The translations under genes and the position numbers were made by a program. The notes below the pieces were generated by a model. The model ran no database searches. It saw only the letters and a program-made list of their open reading frames with translations, and was not told the origin of the DNA. A stretch of DNA of 64,000 nucleotides from Macrostomum hystrix. Taxonomy: Eukaryota; Animalia; Platyhelminthes. The first letter of the stretch is position 1; every line of letters starts with the position of its first letter. The stretch is from assembly GCA_950097015.1 (NCBI GenBank), contig CATNEN010000039.1:2666001-2730000 (forward strand), read 5' to 3'. Of the stretch, positions 15,942 to 29,570 are shown piece after piece.

Positions 15942-16240
15942 ACCTTTTAAACTTTCCGCGACTCGGGATTTCCCAACTCCAATCCTGACTCGAATCTGTA
16001 AGGGGACCATAACAAGTTGGGAATGGATTTGCAAAATTTGTAATGGTCCCCCCTTACAGATTCGAGTCGGGATTCGCATCGGGAATTCCCGACTCCTAAT
16101 GCAGATGGCAAACTTTGTAATGGTCCCCCCTTATAGATTCTAGTCAGGATTCGAGTCGGGAATTCCTGACTTCTAATGTGTCTGCATTAGAAATCGGGAT
16201 TGGAGTCAGGAAATCCGGAGTTGGGGAAAGTTTAAAAGGT
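15942..16240. mobile_element. MITE/foldback-like element with long imperfect inverted repeats
   Basis: ACCTTTTAAACTTTCC...GGAAAGTTTAAAAGGT termini with ~50 bp imperfect complementarity and internal inverted/direct repeats. A partial second copy lies at ~15596-15681. No clear TSD. Confidence 0.7.
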
Positions 16241-19183
16241 AACGCTTACTACAAATCAAAATCTGTGCAACAAATTAATTTTTCCTACAGTGCCTCAATT
16301 TGCATAGGACTTTGGAGTCATTAGCACTGTTTATGATCCAAGAGCAAGACAACAACAAAAACTAGGCCAAGGTAGGTAATATCCAATTCATCAAATTAAT
16401 TAGGGCCTAGATAAATTTTTTGGCATTATGATTTCGCTGCCTTGGCTATTGCTATTATGTTGTTGCCTTGCTAATTGCTAGACCTAACTAGCTATGGAAA
16501 TAAAGCCATTATAGATCATAGTATATGACCATTATAGCTAGACCTTTTGATACAAGCTTGAGTGTGTAGCTGATGTCTATGAGCATGTGAGCCAGTGGCA
16601 GTTCTACACAATTTATTGACACTAGCTAACTACCTACATCTAACGATTTTTGCCAGTTAGAACTAGCTATTTGCTATAGCTAAGGATTAAAAATGCCTAG
16701 TTTAAATAATAAGTCTGTAGGCTTATTATGCAATCGATAGCTAGCTAAAGGAGATGCTGCATGCAAAAAAGCCAAAACGTGCGTCCTGTGTATGACCTTT
16801 TGCAGGACTTCAGTCCTAAATGGGCAACTAACAGGCTACTTTTATTATCTATACTAAAGGCATAGCAATCCCAATGACCCTATATATTTACTATATTTAT
16901 AATATACTGTATTTACTATTTATAATAATATTAGTGAGAATCGTAAGTCAAGCTATGCACAGAACTACAACTCTAACAAAAATTATAAATTCTAATCATT
17001 TATAATAAAACTCTTCTAAAATAAAGCTACATAAAATCATTTTTGTATATGACTCGTTACAATAGGCCTAGGCCTAAATTAAATAACGACTAACTATCGA
17101 GCCTGATTTCATAAAGTATAGGCGCGACAGCGGTCTGGGTGCTCTAGCGAGGGTGATCTAGCGACTGGCAATGATATATTAATATACAACGTGTGAACCG
17201 GAGTTGTTATTACTTTCGTGCAATTTTTGCTAACGTGTGACTGAATCAGTTGTCGTTAAAAACGCACGTACTAATATGTTCTTCTGGCATCTAGGTACGC
17301 GCTTCATGGTATGATATGGGTAATTGGGTATCATACAAAAACAATCTTTCTGACGCTTTACATATATAAAGCGTCAGATATATGCGCTATCCTTTCTTTA
17401 CATATATAAAGCGCAATTACAAGTTATTTCTTCCATTGCATGGTTTGATGTGAGCTTAAGATTCCAGTGTCACTATTTAACTAATACTCACATCAACATG
17501 GGATCACTTATTCAATGGCGTTGTCAATCTATTATTTTAAAATCAGTATAAAGTTAAAAAAGTATAGTATCGGCATACTGCTCATAAATATGTAGAGCTT
17601 ATTTTTATTCGCTTCCTGTTTTTGTCCACGAATACATATACAATTTACTTATTATTGCTGCTAATGTATAATTTGCGTACAAAATACTGAATATCGCAGC
17701 CGTTTCTAAACATAAAGCGATAAATTTTTCTTTGTTGAAAAAAATGAAAAGAAGGAATGGTATATTGCTAGGTAATTTTAATAAAAGTTCCGGCAGTGCT
17801 CCAACACACCGAAGGCAGCAAAAATCTAAAATTTTCAAGATATAGAAATAAAAATATAATATATGAACTTATGTTAAGTTATTTCAGTTTACTGATCAAA
17901 AAAGTTTTTAAATGAATAGCGAATCTTTTAAAAGCGCATTAGTGGCTTTTGGACAGCCGTTAATACGGCACAACATAAGCCCTAGTTAACCTCATTACGG
18001 CACGCGACGCTGTACGCAAGCGAATCCTTTCATAACGAACGCAGGCCCGCGGTTGGGTGAGGAATTATAGCGCATGCGTGGTGTAGCAAACAACCATATT
18101 TTTCATATGAAACTCGAATTTCGTCGTAAATATGCATCAGTCAGGTGTTCGTCGATACAAATTAATCTCTTTTAAAGTAGCATATCTCAGAAAAAAAGGA
18201 ATTGTCTTTCTGATTGAAACAGGTGATGTGTGTTGTCTTACGGAATCGGAATCTATCGATTGTGTGAACATTGCATTCTTAAATGATTATCTAGGCCAAA
18301 CGTACTCACCTGGCTGTTGTACCGTATGGGCGGTTGATATTAAAAATAACCAGCCCGGATTCTCGCTTTATTTACGTCTCTTGAGTGCATGGTACGAGCT
18401 ACGCAGCGTTAAGCGATACCGGCAGCGGCAAGATGCCGTCGCACATATAGAGCACATCTGGCCTATGAATTGTAAACTGTGGTATTACAGGTCCAAGTGG
18501 AGTCAGAGTCAGAGTCAAGTCAAGTCATCGGCTGCAGCATTGAATGTAACAGCACCGTCGACTGACCGTTGGAGGATCTTCTTAATTTGCTCGTCTCTGA
18601 CAAAAGCGCAGCGCTGCCTGTGAGACACATGAGATGACTCATTTATGTTCCGCTTGGACAAGTATCTGCAGAAAAAATCGATCTTGTTGTTGAATAGAAG
18701 CACACAGTTAACTGCCCTCGGAAGTGAAATAAGGGCAGCAGCAACACAAAGATTGCTCGAATATGTCTGCAGTAAGTCCAGAAAGCGTTTGGATGCCAAT
18801 GAAGCACTTTACCCCAGAAAGCATACCTGTCCATTAGGAGATCGCTACGCAGCGCATCACACAGGATGGCACAGCGGCTGCTCGAAAGAATCCCGCGACG
18901 TGTGTCACAAGACGCCAATTCCACTTTGTCGACGACACTTGATCGTATCGTTGGCTTCAAAGCAGACTTCCTTCCGTTCAGCTCTTGTAAGTCTTCGGAA
19001 ATAGTGATGATTTCCAAAGAATTGAATTTTGTATTCATGTCTGTACTGGTCCATTTCTTTGGAAAGAAATATTGCACCCTGTCGTCGTGAGAGCATAAAA
19101 ATGTTCTGTTATAGTTTAAAGCTAATGAATTGCTGGTATCTCCTCTGATTAATAGCAAAAAACCTACGTTTACACGCAGACTA

Positions 19184-19552
19184 ATAATAATAATATAATA
19201 ATTGCTGGAGGGCTGCGGGCAATGGCACATCATTTAATGACGCTTATAGACCCGCAGCCAGCGAGGAGGCAATTCTGCCCATTTCGCTGACTCCTGAGCA
19301 CACACACACACAGATATACTTTACGCAGGCACACGCTCACACAGGTGTGTACATCTGCCCTGACTTTCTCATCGTCAGGCAGTGTACACTTCACTGCAGT
19401 GCCTTGGAGGTTGGCCGGCCCCCAAGGGCGTAAATTGCACGAAAAGCCCCCAAGTCTTCTCTCCGCGGCTGCGCCCCAAATAATTGTGGAATCGAACTTA
19501 GGGACCGTGGTGCGAGAGGCAAACGCGTTAACCGCTCTCTAACCGACCCCCT
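19184..19552 (-). mobile_element. tRNA-derived SINE family A, near full length, with TSD
   Basis: Homologous to 46467-46840. Has A/B boxes and an (ATT)n tail; flanked by direct repeat CACGCAGACTA at 19173-19183 and 19553-19563. Confidence 0.9.
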
Positions 19553-19609
19553 CACGCAGACTATAACAAGTACATGAAATGCACTGGATAGAGAGATGGT
19601 TAAAAATAC

Positions 19610-19700
19610 ACCTCAGGCAGTAAATTCGAGCAAGAATCGAATTCTCGACCCCTCGATCAGAAGGCCGAAGCATTAGCTACTTGGGCTACACAACCTCCCT
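19610..19700 (-). mobile_element. tRNA-like head of SINE family B (degenerate)
   Basis: Minus strand GTAGCCCAAGTAGCTAA...GAGGGGTCGAGAATTCGATTCTT resembles the copies at 41.7 and 57.1 kb. Confidence 0.55.
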
Positions 19701-20782
19701 TCCTAGGTGCCTAGGCTGCTATCCATTACATGCGCATTTGTCTCGTTCTGTACATATAGGATATTTTTACTGCAAGTGCGTAAGTTCGAACCTCTCGCAG
19801 CTTGAATCATCCGAGTCGCGAGCGAAGCCATGGAAGCAGTTGGCGCAGTATCCAAATCGAGCCAGCTGCGCTCGAGGTTGGATCCCGTACGCGGATGTTG
19901 CTACTGATTTCGTGGATATGTCCGACTTTACTTGACAATTGACTTGACCATTGATCTGGAGTTTTACTCTGCGGGCCAGTGAAGCAACATTTTTTCAGAG
20001 ATTACGAAATATCTCAAAGGGTCTTCAACATGAACTCTAGCACCTATATATATATCACCCGATGATAACTTATTAAAGAACTCGATGCAATAATGCTTGT
20101 TTAGAATCTTTTTTTCGGAGCCAACCTGTCGCAGCTTTCGTCATTTGCGTTGCCAGCTAAGCGGTTGGAGCGCCCTTCGCTGCATTTAAGTAAAGTCAGC
20201 TGATTGCTTTCAGTCTCGATCGTGCCTGCAGACGGCTTTATATTTTTTGCTGACCTGTTGACCGGTGATCTGCCGTGCGTGCGCTTCTCCGTAGCTGTCG
20301 ACATCGAATTAAAAATCTCAGGAGATGAAGGACGCTGCTGAAAGCCTGATTGGTAGCTTCTGAAAGTCGACTGAACGGGTAGCAACAAATTTCGGATCGG
20401 GATCAGCAGGAATTCGGCAGTGGAAGTCCGATTCTGATCTAATAATTTATTCTTTTGTAACTATATGACGATTTCGATAAATAGTAGACGCAATTTTGAG
20501 CTGGTACTAACGAGTGAGAATGTACCATCAATGTTAGAATACAACATAATATATATGCATTGCGTTGCGTTGTCTCACCTGTTCTATGTCAGAAAGATTG
20601 TCAGATGGGCGAATATTATCGCATTGATCTAAAACAACGGTGGAAAATAACAAAATGTAAATTAGGGTCACTATTTTTGCCCACACACAGGTTGACATAG
20701 CAAAACGTGTTTCGAATATAGAATTAATTCGTGAAATACTGAAATTTCAGTATATTCGTTTTGAAAATGTTGATTGGTAAAT

Positions 20783-20846
20783 TTTATGGTTTATGGTTTA
20801 TGGTTTATGGTTTATGGTTTATGGTTTATGGTTTATGGTTTATGGT
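20783..20846. repeat. (TTTATGG)n heptamer microsatellite
   Basis: About 9 perfect copies. Confidence 0.95.
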
Positions 20847-22529
20847 TCTCTCAAAATCTGTAAAATCTCAGACAATACATCAACTAAGTAAAAATTAACC
20901 TTCTCAGCCATCAGCTCTGGCATCGACTCACATGTACTACTTCCAGTAGGCAAGTGACAAGTTTCGGCGCGACAATCCTCTTGTACACTGCAACACTGTT
21001 GCGGTTGAACTGCGGAGTCGTTGAGAGTTTCCGCTGCAGCTAAATCCGTTAATTTTTTGCTGGATGTCCAACCTCTGTTGATGCTCATCCCCGAAGAGCA
21101 AAAGGTGGACCAGGTGTTGCCGGTGAAAGTCTTTTCAGCCATTAAGCTCTCGCTAATGTCGCCCTGTCCTGATGCTCTGTCCGTGAAGCTCTCGAGCGAA
21201 GCATTCTGTTTCCTAGCGTCGTTAAAATCGACGGCTGGGCAGCACAAGCCAGCGCTGGAAGGAAAATCGCCGCTGTGATTGGCTGCCAGGTTAGGCGATG
21301 CAGAAACAGCCTTGCTGTGATTGGCTGCCAGGTTAGGCGATGCAGAAACAGCCTTGTTATATGAGGACTGCAAGCCCCAGGCCACGACCGGACAAGTCCT
21401 CGCATCGGTGACGAAATCGTCGCAGCTGCTGCCCAGTGAGATATCGTCATCGAGGGTTCGCGCCGAATCCGTGAACCTGGTCGTTGGCAATAGTAGATTG
21501 CAGGAAACTGCATCGTTATCAATAGTTTCTGCAACAGATCTGTAATAGCTTCTGTAATACTTCCCCCTTCTCACTGTGCTTGTTTACGCTCGCCCGGCCT
21601 CGTCTCTGATTGGCTAGCTGCTCGTCTCTCTTTCCTCACCCCACCTTTTCAGCTCTTAACCTTTGGCCCGTCCATACTCGTGCTACCCTTCTGCTCCCTC
21701 CTTATCTCTTGATTTATATACTTGATTCTCATTTTCGATTCTTACGGCGAAGTGCGAAGACTCAATTCATTTTGAGAAGTCACTACAGTTTCTGGATTGC
21801 TGCTCAGGACGCCAAGTTACTGGCCCATACGCCAATGGCAGACGATCTTGAGGGTCCGAAGCCAATAATCAAATAATTTAATTAATCTAAAATAATCCGA
21901 GAGCCCAGATAAATGTACGCGCAGCTCCATACAATGCCTTGTCCTTCGTACCTATCTACGCAGTCGAATTTCCTTTGCATACGCTTGCGGCGCCTCCTGG
22001 ATCGGCCCGGCAGCGGCCAGCAGTAGGTGGAGCCGAGCGTATCGGCTGTCCAGGAGTCGGCCGTCGAGTTGGGAATCGAGTCGGGTTCGCAGCTGTTTTT
22101 TGTCCATTGAGCACTTGTGTCACACCTGCACCCATTGCAAGGCATAAACCTGTGCAGGTGTCTAACTAGCAGATTGTTCATCCCTGAGCATTGATAGCCG
22201 GTCTAGATCAGCTCACGAGATGCACCCATATCGAGATGGATTTATTAATTTAACGCCTTCTCGCCTAACCGGATTTACTAGAATGTCTATGGCTAAAGGT
22301 CACTCATATAACAAATATGTGCACATCTTGAATCGAATCGACTATTTTTGTCCTATGTGGAAGAAATATAATGGCGTGGGATAGCGGCCCGTGCTGAATA
22401 GTACAATAGTAGACAGCTATATTTACTTATTCAATTCGATAAAAGCTCCACAGTGTTGGGTTTAACTTCTCTTACATTACCTTTTAAATAAAAATTTCTG
22501 AACTTTATTTTAGTACGAGTATAATTGTT

Positions 22530-22630
22530 TACCAGAGGCATACGAGAGATATACGAGTACCAGAGGCATACCAGAGATATTCGAGTACCAGAGGCATACC
22601 AGAGGCATACCAGAGGCATACCAGAGGCAC
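22530..22630. repeat. Short ACCAGAGGCAT-based tandem repeat
   Basis: Repeated TACCAGAGGCA units, partly interrupted. Confidence 0.8.
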
Positions 22631-23344
22631 CCGATTGAAAGTTCTCAAAAATTGATATAAAGTATCTTCTCAAAAGGGAAGTTGAACAAATAGGCTCAAG
22701 AAAAAAACTACTCTAATTCGCAAGTTAGCCCCGATACTTGTTTTAATAAGGTCCATTACGCCGACGCCATTGGTTAAACTTTAAACAGCATTTTGAGTAG
22801 TGTGATGTGCCGTGCTCAGCTCAATGTTACCAGACACTTTAGGGTGGCAGTGGAAACTCAAGCGATACGCAGCGAGTAGGACAAAAAGGAATCGGATATT
22901 CAGATGGCATCGGCCTTAACCACGATTGAATTTCTTACGAAACAGTTTTTGCGACTCCGGCCGACCATGCATTATGCATCGAGAGCAGCTAAAGACAGTC
23001 CATTATGCTGCTGAAACTGCAGCTGCACAATTGTCCCTTATCTAAAATCCTGCGATGGACTCACTCTCTACCTCTCACTGCCCCCCCCGACTTACCCCCT
23101 CTCTCTCTATGGCCGAGTGGCGGTGCATTGTCCCGTCTTCCGGGACGGGCTGGGCGGCTTGGAAACTGGCGCTGCACACGAGGATAGTTAGGTATATGGG
23201 CACCCTATAAGTATGGAACTGTCGAGGCAGGTGTACAGTGCTTTAACTGACTGGCTCAAGGGCCGATTCGCCTATTGAGTAAATGAATTTCTCACAGGTA
23301 TTAACAGAAGAACTGTACTGTCGACGAGGCTTGAAGATATCGGC

Positions 23345-24188
23345 ATGGCAGCGGATGGAGCCAAGTCTTCCGTGACCTTCCTGATGCCACCTGTTGCAGC
23401 AGAGGAAGTGCTAGCTCAATCGCAGCCGCAGCAGCTGCAGCACATTGGCAGTTTGTACTTCAAGCCGCCTGTTGTGAGACCGGAGCTGCAGAGACAGCAG
23501 ACGCAACAGCAGCTACCCCAGCAGTCGAATGGAATCAAGGTAAATCCAGTGGAAGGCAGTTCATTAAATTTTATTTTTTACAACTAATCAAGCCAGTACG
23601 AGTTACACCCCTTGCAATAAGTTAGAAGTGCGACCCTCACTTATGTGCAAATATGAAGATTAGACGCACAAAAAAGCATTTTTACGTGACTTTCAGCGAT
23701 TTGATATTGGCTCTATGCTAATCGAATGTGGCCATAGGCCCACAGCGCTTCGTTGTCCCGGGATGCCTGTCTCAGGCCTGGGTTCGTCAATGGCCTTGTT
23801 AAGGCCACACTGAAACTTCAAAACTAGTCGTATTTTTTAACTTAAAAATGGCCCTTTTAACTGACGTCAGCAGCAGCAGCAGCAGCAGCAGCGCACAGCA
23901 TCAACAGCCGCCAGGCACCTTCAGCTGCTGGTCAGTAGAGACGCTCGCCGGCCAATCGAATCGGCTCGGCGTGCTGTGGCAGCCTCGGCGGCCTGCAAGC
24001 GGCCAGTCTCCGTGGCTGCATCCGCCGCAGTCGCCTCCAACTGTCCGATCACACCGATCAGCGCCACAGCCTGCCGTCGCAGCTGCCGCAGTCCCCGACA
24101 AGTTTGCGGATCTCGTCAAGCAACATCGCAAGCGTCTGTTGAAACAAATTCACAGAAATCCAGACATGAACAGCAGAAACAAAAGCAA

Positions 24189-24226
<38 letters not shown>

Positions 24227-24416
24227 GCAGCAGCGAGGGGTGTACAAAAGCTGTCCAGTGACGATAGTTGAAGACTCAGTCTGGCTTGACAACGTCTCCA
24301 AGCTGGAGATTAAACTGGCTCTGAGGCCGAGGCGGCAATGGAATCAGACCTCGGCTGCAACAAATGCGGACGCTGGCGAGGACCCGTGCTTGCATAACTC
24401 ACCTGATCAGGCCTAG
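23345..24416 (+). CDS. Q/A/S-rich low-complexity protein of unknown function, ~246 aa, two coding exons
   Basis: Exon 23345-23539 (AAG|GTAAAT) joins in phase 0 to 23871-24416 (branch-like TAACTGAC, TCAG|CAGCAG...). PolyQ tracts; no recognisable domain. Confidence 0.55.
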
Positions 24417-24604
24417 GCTGGACTCCACAGATAGAATGATCTGGTTAAATGGTTACTAGCCCCATTTTGTTATTCGGTCGTCCAGGTCGTGCTAAAAGCG
24501 TTGCCTTGTGAATTCATGCCACTTAATGTCTTTCCAAAATGAAAATAATTTATTCCATAGACTTGGCTGGCTCTCACTCGAGTATTTGCATGATAAAAAA
24601 CTTA

Positions 24605-24940
24605 TATTTGCAGGAGGGCTGCGGGCAATGGCAAATCACTTGGTGACACTAGACCTGCAATTCTGCTCATTTCGCTGACTCCTGAGCACACGCGCGCACA
24701 GATACCGTACGCAGGCACACACTCACACAATTGTGTTCATCTGCTCTGACTTTCTCATCGTCAGGCAGTGTACACTTCCACTGTGCCTTGAAGGTTGGCC
24801 CTCCAGGGCACAATTACACAACAAGTCCCCAAGCCTTCTCTCCGCTGCTGCGCCCCAAATGAATGTGGTCTCGCCGCGAAATCGAGCTCAGGGACCTTGG
24901 TGCGAGAGGCGAACGCGTTAGGCCGCTTTGCCACTCACCC
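24605..24940 (-). mobile_element. SINE family A copy with internal deletion
   Basis: Aligns by eye to 46467-46840 but lacks the CCTCCTCGCTGGCTG segment. Confidence 0.88.
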
Positions 24941-25654
24941 ACGCACGGGTATTTGCTTGGCAAAACAGTCTCTGGTCGGCTCCAGAACTGAACTAAACTT
25001 CAGTTCCCCTCACTCGAAGTGGATTTACTTAAGGTAGATTTACTCAAGGTAGACACGATGCGTGATCTCGAACTATTTTAACTCCATACCACCAACTAGT
25101 CCTTGAATTGTATACTTTTATGCACAACAGCGCAGCTACTTCTACTCTAAGTAGTCTGTCTACTGCTGTCTCCTGAACAGAAAGTTTTATGCGAAACAAT
25201 ACATTATTTATTCGCGACTGTTAAACCTATTCAAGATCGCAGTTGGCTTGGGCTGCAGAATCGATGCACGAGGCTGACTCAAGAAACTGAGGTCCCAGCT
25301 GCTAATAGCGTCGGGCGGATCAATGACTTTCCATTAGCTCAGAGAGTTGCGAATCGAATGGGAAAATCGCTGAGCTGATGGATAATCTGTTCCGACTTGT
25401 GCTCAAGTCTGCCTCTAAGGAAACAATTTTCATGAACAGTAACTTCGATTAAAATCGTCTTTTTGTGAGTTGTGCCGCTTCTGCTGTGAGCCGCTTCTGC
25501 TGTGATTTTTGTGACATTGGCTGTCTGATCCTTGCAAGAATGATAAAACTATTGGGAAATTTCGCGATTTCGTCAAGGACTATGTGCCTGGATGTCTTTC
25601 AGATTAATACATGATCAGGTCCGGGTTGGACAGAGAAACAAGTATGTTCCAGTG

Positions 25655-25811
25655 TGATGGAACATGATCCAGGGTGATGGAACATGATCCAGGGTGATGG
25701 AACATGATCCAGGGTGATGGAACATGATCCAGGGTGATGGAACATGATCCAGGGTGATGGAACATGATCCAGGGTGATGGAACATGATCCAGGGTGATGG
25801 AACATGATCCA
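25655..25811. repeat. 20-bp minisatellite
   Basis: TGATGGAACATGATCCAGGG, about 8 copies. Confidence 0.95.
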
Positions 25812-25994
25812 AGCTTCCTTTGCGACTGAAAAAAATTAAAATATTTGTGCATGATTTGCTATCGGGCAAAATTTGCTTTCGATTGCTCAAAGTTAAAAAA
25901 TCATTGGACAATAAGTCTAGGAGAAGATGTGAATTACCAGACATACAGACACTGTACAGTTCTAGTCTGCTGACAGATATGAGGACGGGTTCCA

Positions 25995-26520
25995 GTTCAC
26001 AGCACCTGATCTCACACTTCACAGCACCTGATCTCACACTTCACAGCACCTGATCTCACACTTCACAGCACCTGATCTCACACTTCACAGCACCTGATCT
26101 CACACTTCACAGTACCTGATCTCACACTTCACAGTACCTGATCTCACACTTCACAGTACCTGATCTCACACTTCACAGTACCTGATCTCACACTTCACAG
26201 TACCTGATCTCACACTTCACAGCACCTGATCTCACACTTCACAGCACCTGATCTCACACTTCACAGCACCTGATCTCACACTTCACAGTACCTGATCTCA
26301 CACTTCACAGCACCTGATCTCACACTTCACAGTACCTGATCTCACACTTCACAGTACCTGATCTCACACTTCACAGCACCTGATCTCACACTTCACAGCA
26401 CCTGATCTCACACTTCACAGCACCTGATCTCACACTTCACAGCACCTGATCTCACACTTCACAGCACCTGATCTCACACTTCACAGCACCTGATCTCACA
26501 CTTCACAGTACCTGATTTCA
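25995..26520. repeat. 22-bp minisatellite
   Basis: TTCACAG(C/T)ACCTGATCTCACAC, about 24 copies. Confidence 0.95.
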
Positions 26521-27092
26521 CTGAGCACCGTTGCCACTTTTCAATACAATTAATTCACTGATTCAAGCTGAAGTGAATCAGAGCTGTTCACCAATTTAAG
26601 ATAATTTTTTAGTCCACTCTCTTTTGCCAGCCAAGATAGGAGACTGAGAGGGTTGAGCAAAGTTCGGCCAATAAAAGACTGAGTATTTCGGGTTGCTCGT
26701 GGCTGCAGGTCGGAGGGAACTCAAGAAAAGCTAAAGCGGTTTTACCGCCACTAGGGACATTGATAATTCATTGGTACCGTACCACGGATGCCCCACCCAG
26801 TACAGGCAGCGAACTTTGCTTAATTAGTTCCTGCCGAGAGAAGCCAATTAGCCTTGTCGGCTCACGCCACTCTGATATATAATAAATTAATTCAGAGTAA
26901 GCAAGCGCATACGTTTAAAACTCGCCCCGCTGACCAAAACCACACGAGCGAACCTTCTACATTGCATACCGAACCTCGATTTCATATAGTTTCAGGCAAG
27001 TTACAAAGAACTGGCATATAATTCAATAGAATTCCAGGAAAGTACCTCAGGCACAGTTTCAACGTTTATGAATACGAGTTATAATAGTTCAG

Positions 27093-29570
27093 TGAGATTC
27101 ACACAGCCTGTCACCAATGAGATTCACACAGCCTGTTATCAATGAGATTCACACAGCCTGTCATCAATGAGATTCACACAGCCTGTTATCAATGAGATTC
27201 ACACAGCCTGTCATCACTGAGATTCACACAGCTTGTCACCAATGAGATTCACACAGCCTGTTGTCAATGAGATTCACACAGGCTGTTTGTTATCAATGAG
27301 ATTCACACAGCCTGTCACCAATGAGATTCACACAGCCTGTCATCAATGAGATTCACACAGCCTGTCATCAATGAGATTCACACAGCCTGTCATCAATGAG
27401 ATTCACACAGCCTGTCACCAATGAGATTCACACAGCCTGTCATCAATGAGATTCACACAGCCTGTTATCAATGAGATTCACACAGCCTGTCATCAATGAG
27501 ATTCACACAGCCTGTTATCAATGAGATTCACACAGCCTGTCATCACTGAGATTCACACAGCTTGTCACCAATGAGATTCACACAGCCTGTTGTCAATGAG
27601 ATTCACACAGGCTGTTTGTTATCAATGAGATTCACACAGCCTGTCACCAATGAGATTCACACAGCCTGTCATCAATGAGATTCACACAGCCTGTCATCAA
27701 TGAGATTCACACAGCCTGTCATCAATGAGATTCACACAGCCTGTCACCAATGAGATTCACACAGCCTGTCATCAATGAGATTCACACAGCCTGTTATCAA
27801 TGAGATTCACACAGCCTGTCATCAATGAGATTCACACAGCCTGTTATCAATGAGATTCACACAGCCTGTCATCACTGAGATTCACACAGCTTGTCACCAA
27901 TGAGATTCACACAGCCTGTTGTCAATGAGATTCACACAGGCTGTTTGTTATCAATGAGATTCACACAGCCTGTCACCAATGAGATTCACACAGCCTGTCA
28001 TCAATGAGATTCACACAGCCTGTCATCAATGAGATTCACACAGCCTGTCATCAATGAGATTCACACAGCCTGTCACCAATGAGATTCACACAGCCTGTCA
28101 TCAATGAGATTCACACAGCCTGTTATCAATGAGATTCACACAGCCTGTCATCAATGAGATTCACACAGCCTGTCATCACTGAGATTCACACAGCCTGTTA
28201 TCAATGACATTCACACAGCCTGTCATCAATGAGATTCACACAGCTTGTCACCAATGAGATTCACACAGCCTGTTGTCAATGAGATTCACACAGGCTGTTT
28301 GTTATCAATGAGATTCACACAGCCTGTCACCAATGAGATTCACACAGCCTGTCATCAATGAGATTCACACAGCCTGTCATCAATGAGATTCACACAGCCT
28401 GTCATCAATGAGATTCACACAGCCTGTCACCAATGAGATTCACACAGCCTGTCATCAATGAGATTCACACAGCCTGTTATCAATGAGATTCACACAGCCT
28501 GTTATCAATGAGATTCACACAGCCTGTCATCACTGAGATTCACACAGCCTGTTATCAATGACATTCACACAGCCTGTCATCAATGAGATTCACACAGCCT
28601 GTCATCAATGAGATTCACACAGCCTGTCATCAATGAGATTCACACAGCCTGTCATCAATGAGATTCACACAGCCTGTCACCAATGAGATTCACACAGCCT
28701 GTCATCAATGAGATTCACACAGCCTGTTATCAATGAGATTCACACAGCCTGTCATCAATGAGATTCACACAGCCTGTTATCAATGAGATTCACACAGCCT
28801 GTCATCACTGAGATTCACACAGCTTGTCACCAATGAGATTCACACAGCCTGTTGTCAATGAGATTCACACAGGCTGTTTGTTATCAATGAGATTCACACA
28901 GCCTGTCACCAATGAGATTCACACAGCCTGTCATCAATGAGATTCACACAGCCTGTCATCAATGAGATTCACACAGCCTGTCATCAATGAGATTCACACA
29001 GCCTGTCACCAATGAGATTCACACAGCCTGTCATCAATGAGATTCACACAGCCTGTTATCAATGAGATTCACACAGCCTGTTATCAATGAGATTCACACA
29101 GCCTGTCATCACTGAGATTCACACAGCCTGTTATCAATGAGATTCACACAGCCTGTTATCAATGAGATTCACACAGCCTGTCATCACTGAGATTCACACA
29201 GCCTGTTATCAATGACATTCACACAGCCTGTCATCAATGAGATTCACACAGCCTGTCACCAATGAGATTCACACAGCCTGTCATCACTGAGATTCACACA
29301 GACTGTTATCAATGACATTCACACACCCTGTCATCAATGAGATTCACACAGCCTGTCACCAATGAGATTCACACAGCCTGTCATCAATGAGATTCACACA
29401 GCCTGTCATCAATGAGATTCACACAGCCTGTCATCAATGAGATTCACACAGCCTGTCATCAATGAGATTCACACAGCCTGTCATCAATGAGATTCACACA
29501 GCCTGTCATCAATGAGATTCACACAGCCTATCACCAGTGAGATTCACACAGCCCGTCACCAGTGAGATTA
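27093..29570. repeat. 25-bp satellite array with higher-order structure
   Basis: TGAGATTCACACAGCCTGTCATCAA, about 99 copies. A 29-bp variant recurs at 27281, 27610, 27939, 28293 and 28872. Confidence 0.97.

Larger units (their letters stand above)
18515..22181 (-). other. Putative multi-exon gene or pseudogene of unknown function
   Basis: Series of GC-richer open segments bounded by GT/AG (22181-21952, ~21551-20900, 20628-20579, 20438-20125, ~19146-19078, ~18990-18827, 18665-18515). The last two join in frame (DLLMDR|YLSKRN), but the middle exons could not be phased without stops. No recognisable domain. Confidence 0.35.

Noticed and set aside
17349-17378. 12-bp perfect hairpin TCTGACGCTTTA/TAAAGCGTCAGA
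   Set aside because: Single occurrence with no associated element ends; a function cannot be supported.
20783-20846. Telomere-like (TTTATGG)n
   Set aside because: Not TTAGGG; a short interstitial microsatellite.
27093-29570. CRISPR-like array of 25-bp repeats
   Set aside because: Units are head-to-tail with no unique spacers, there are no cas genes, and the context is eukaryotic.
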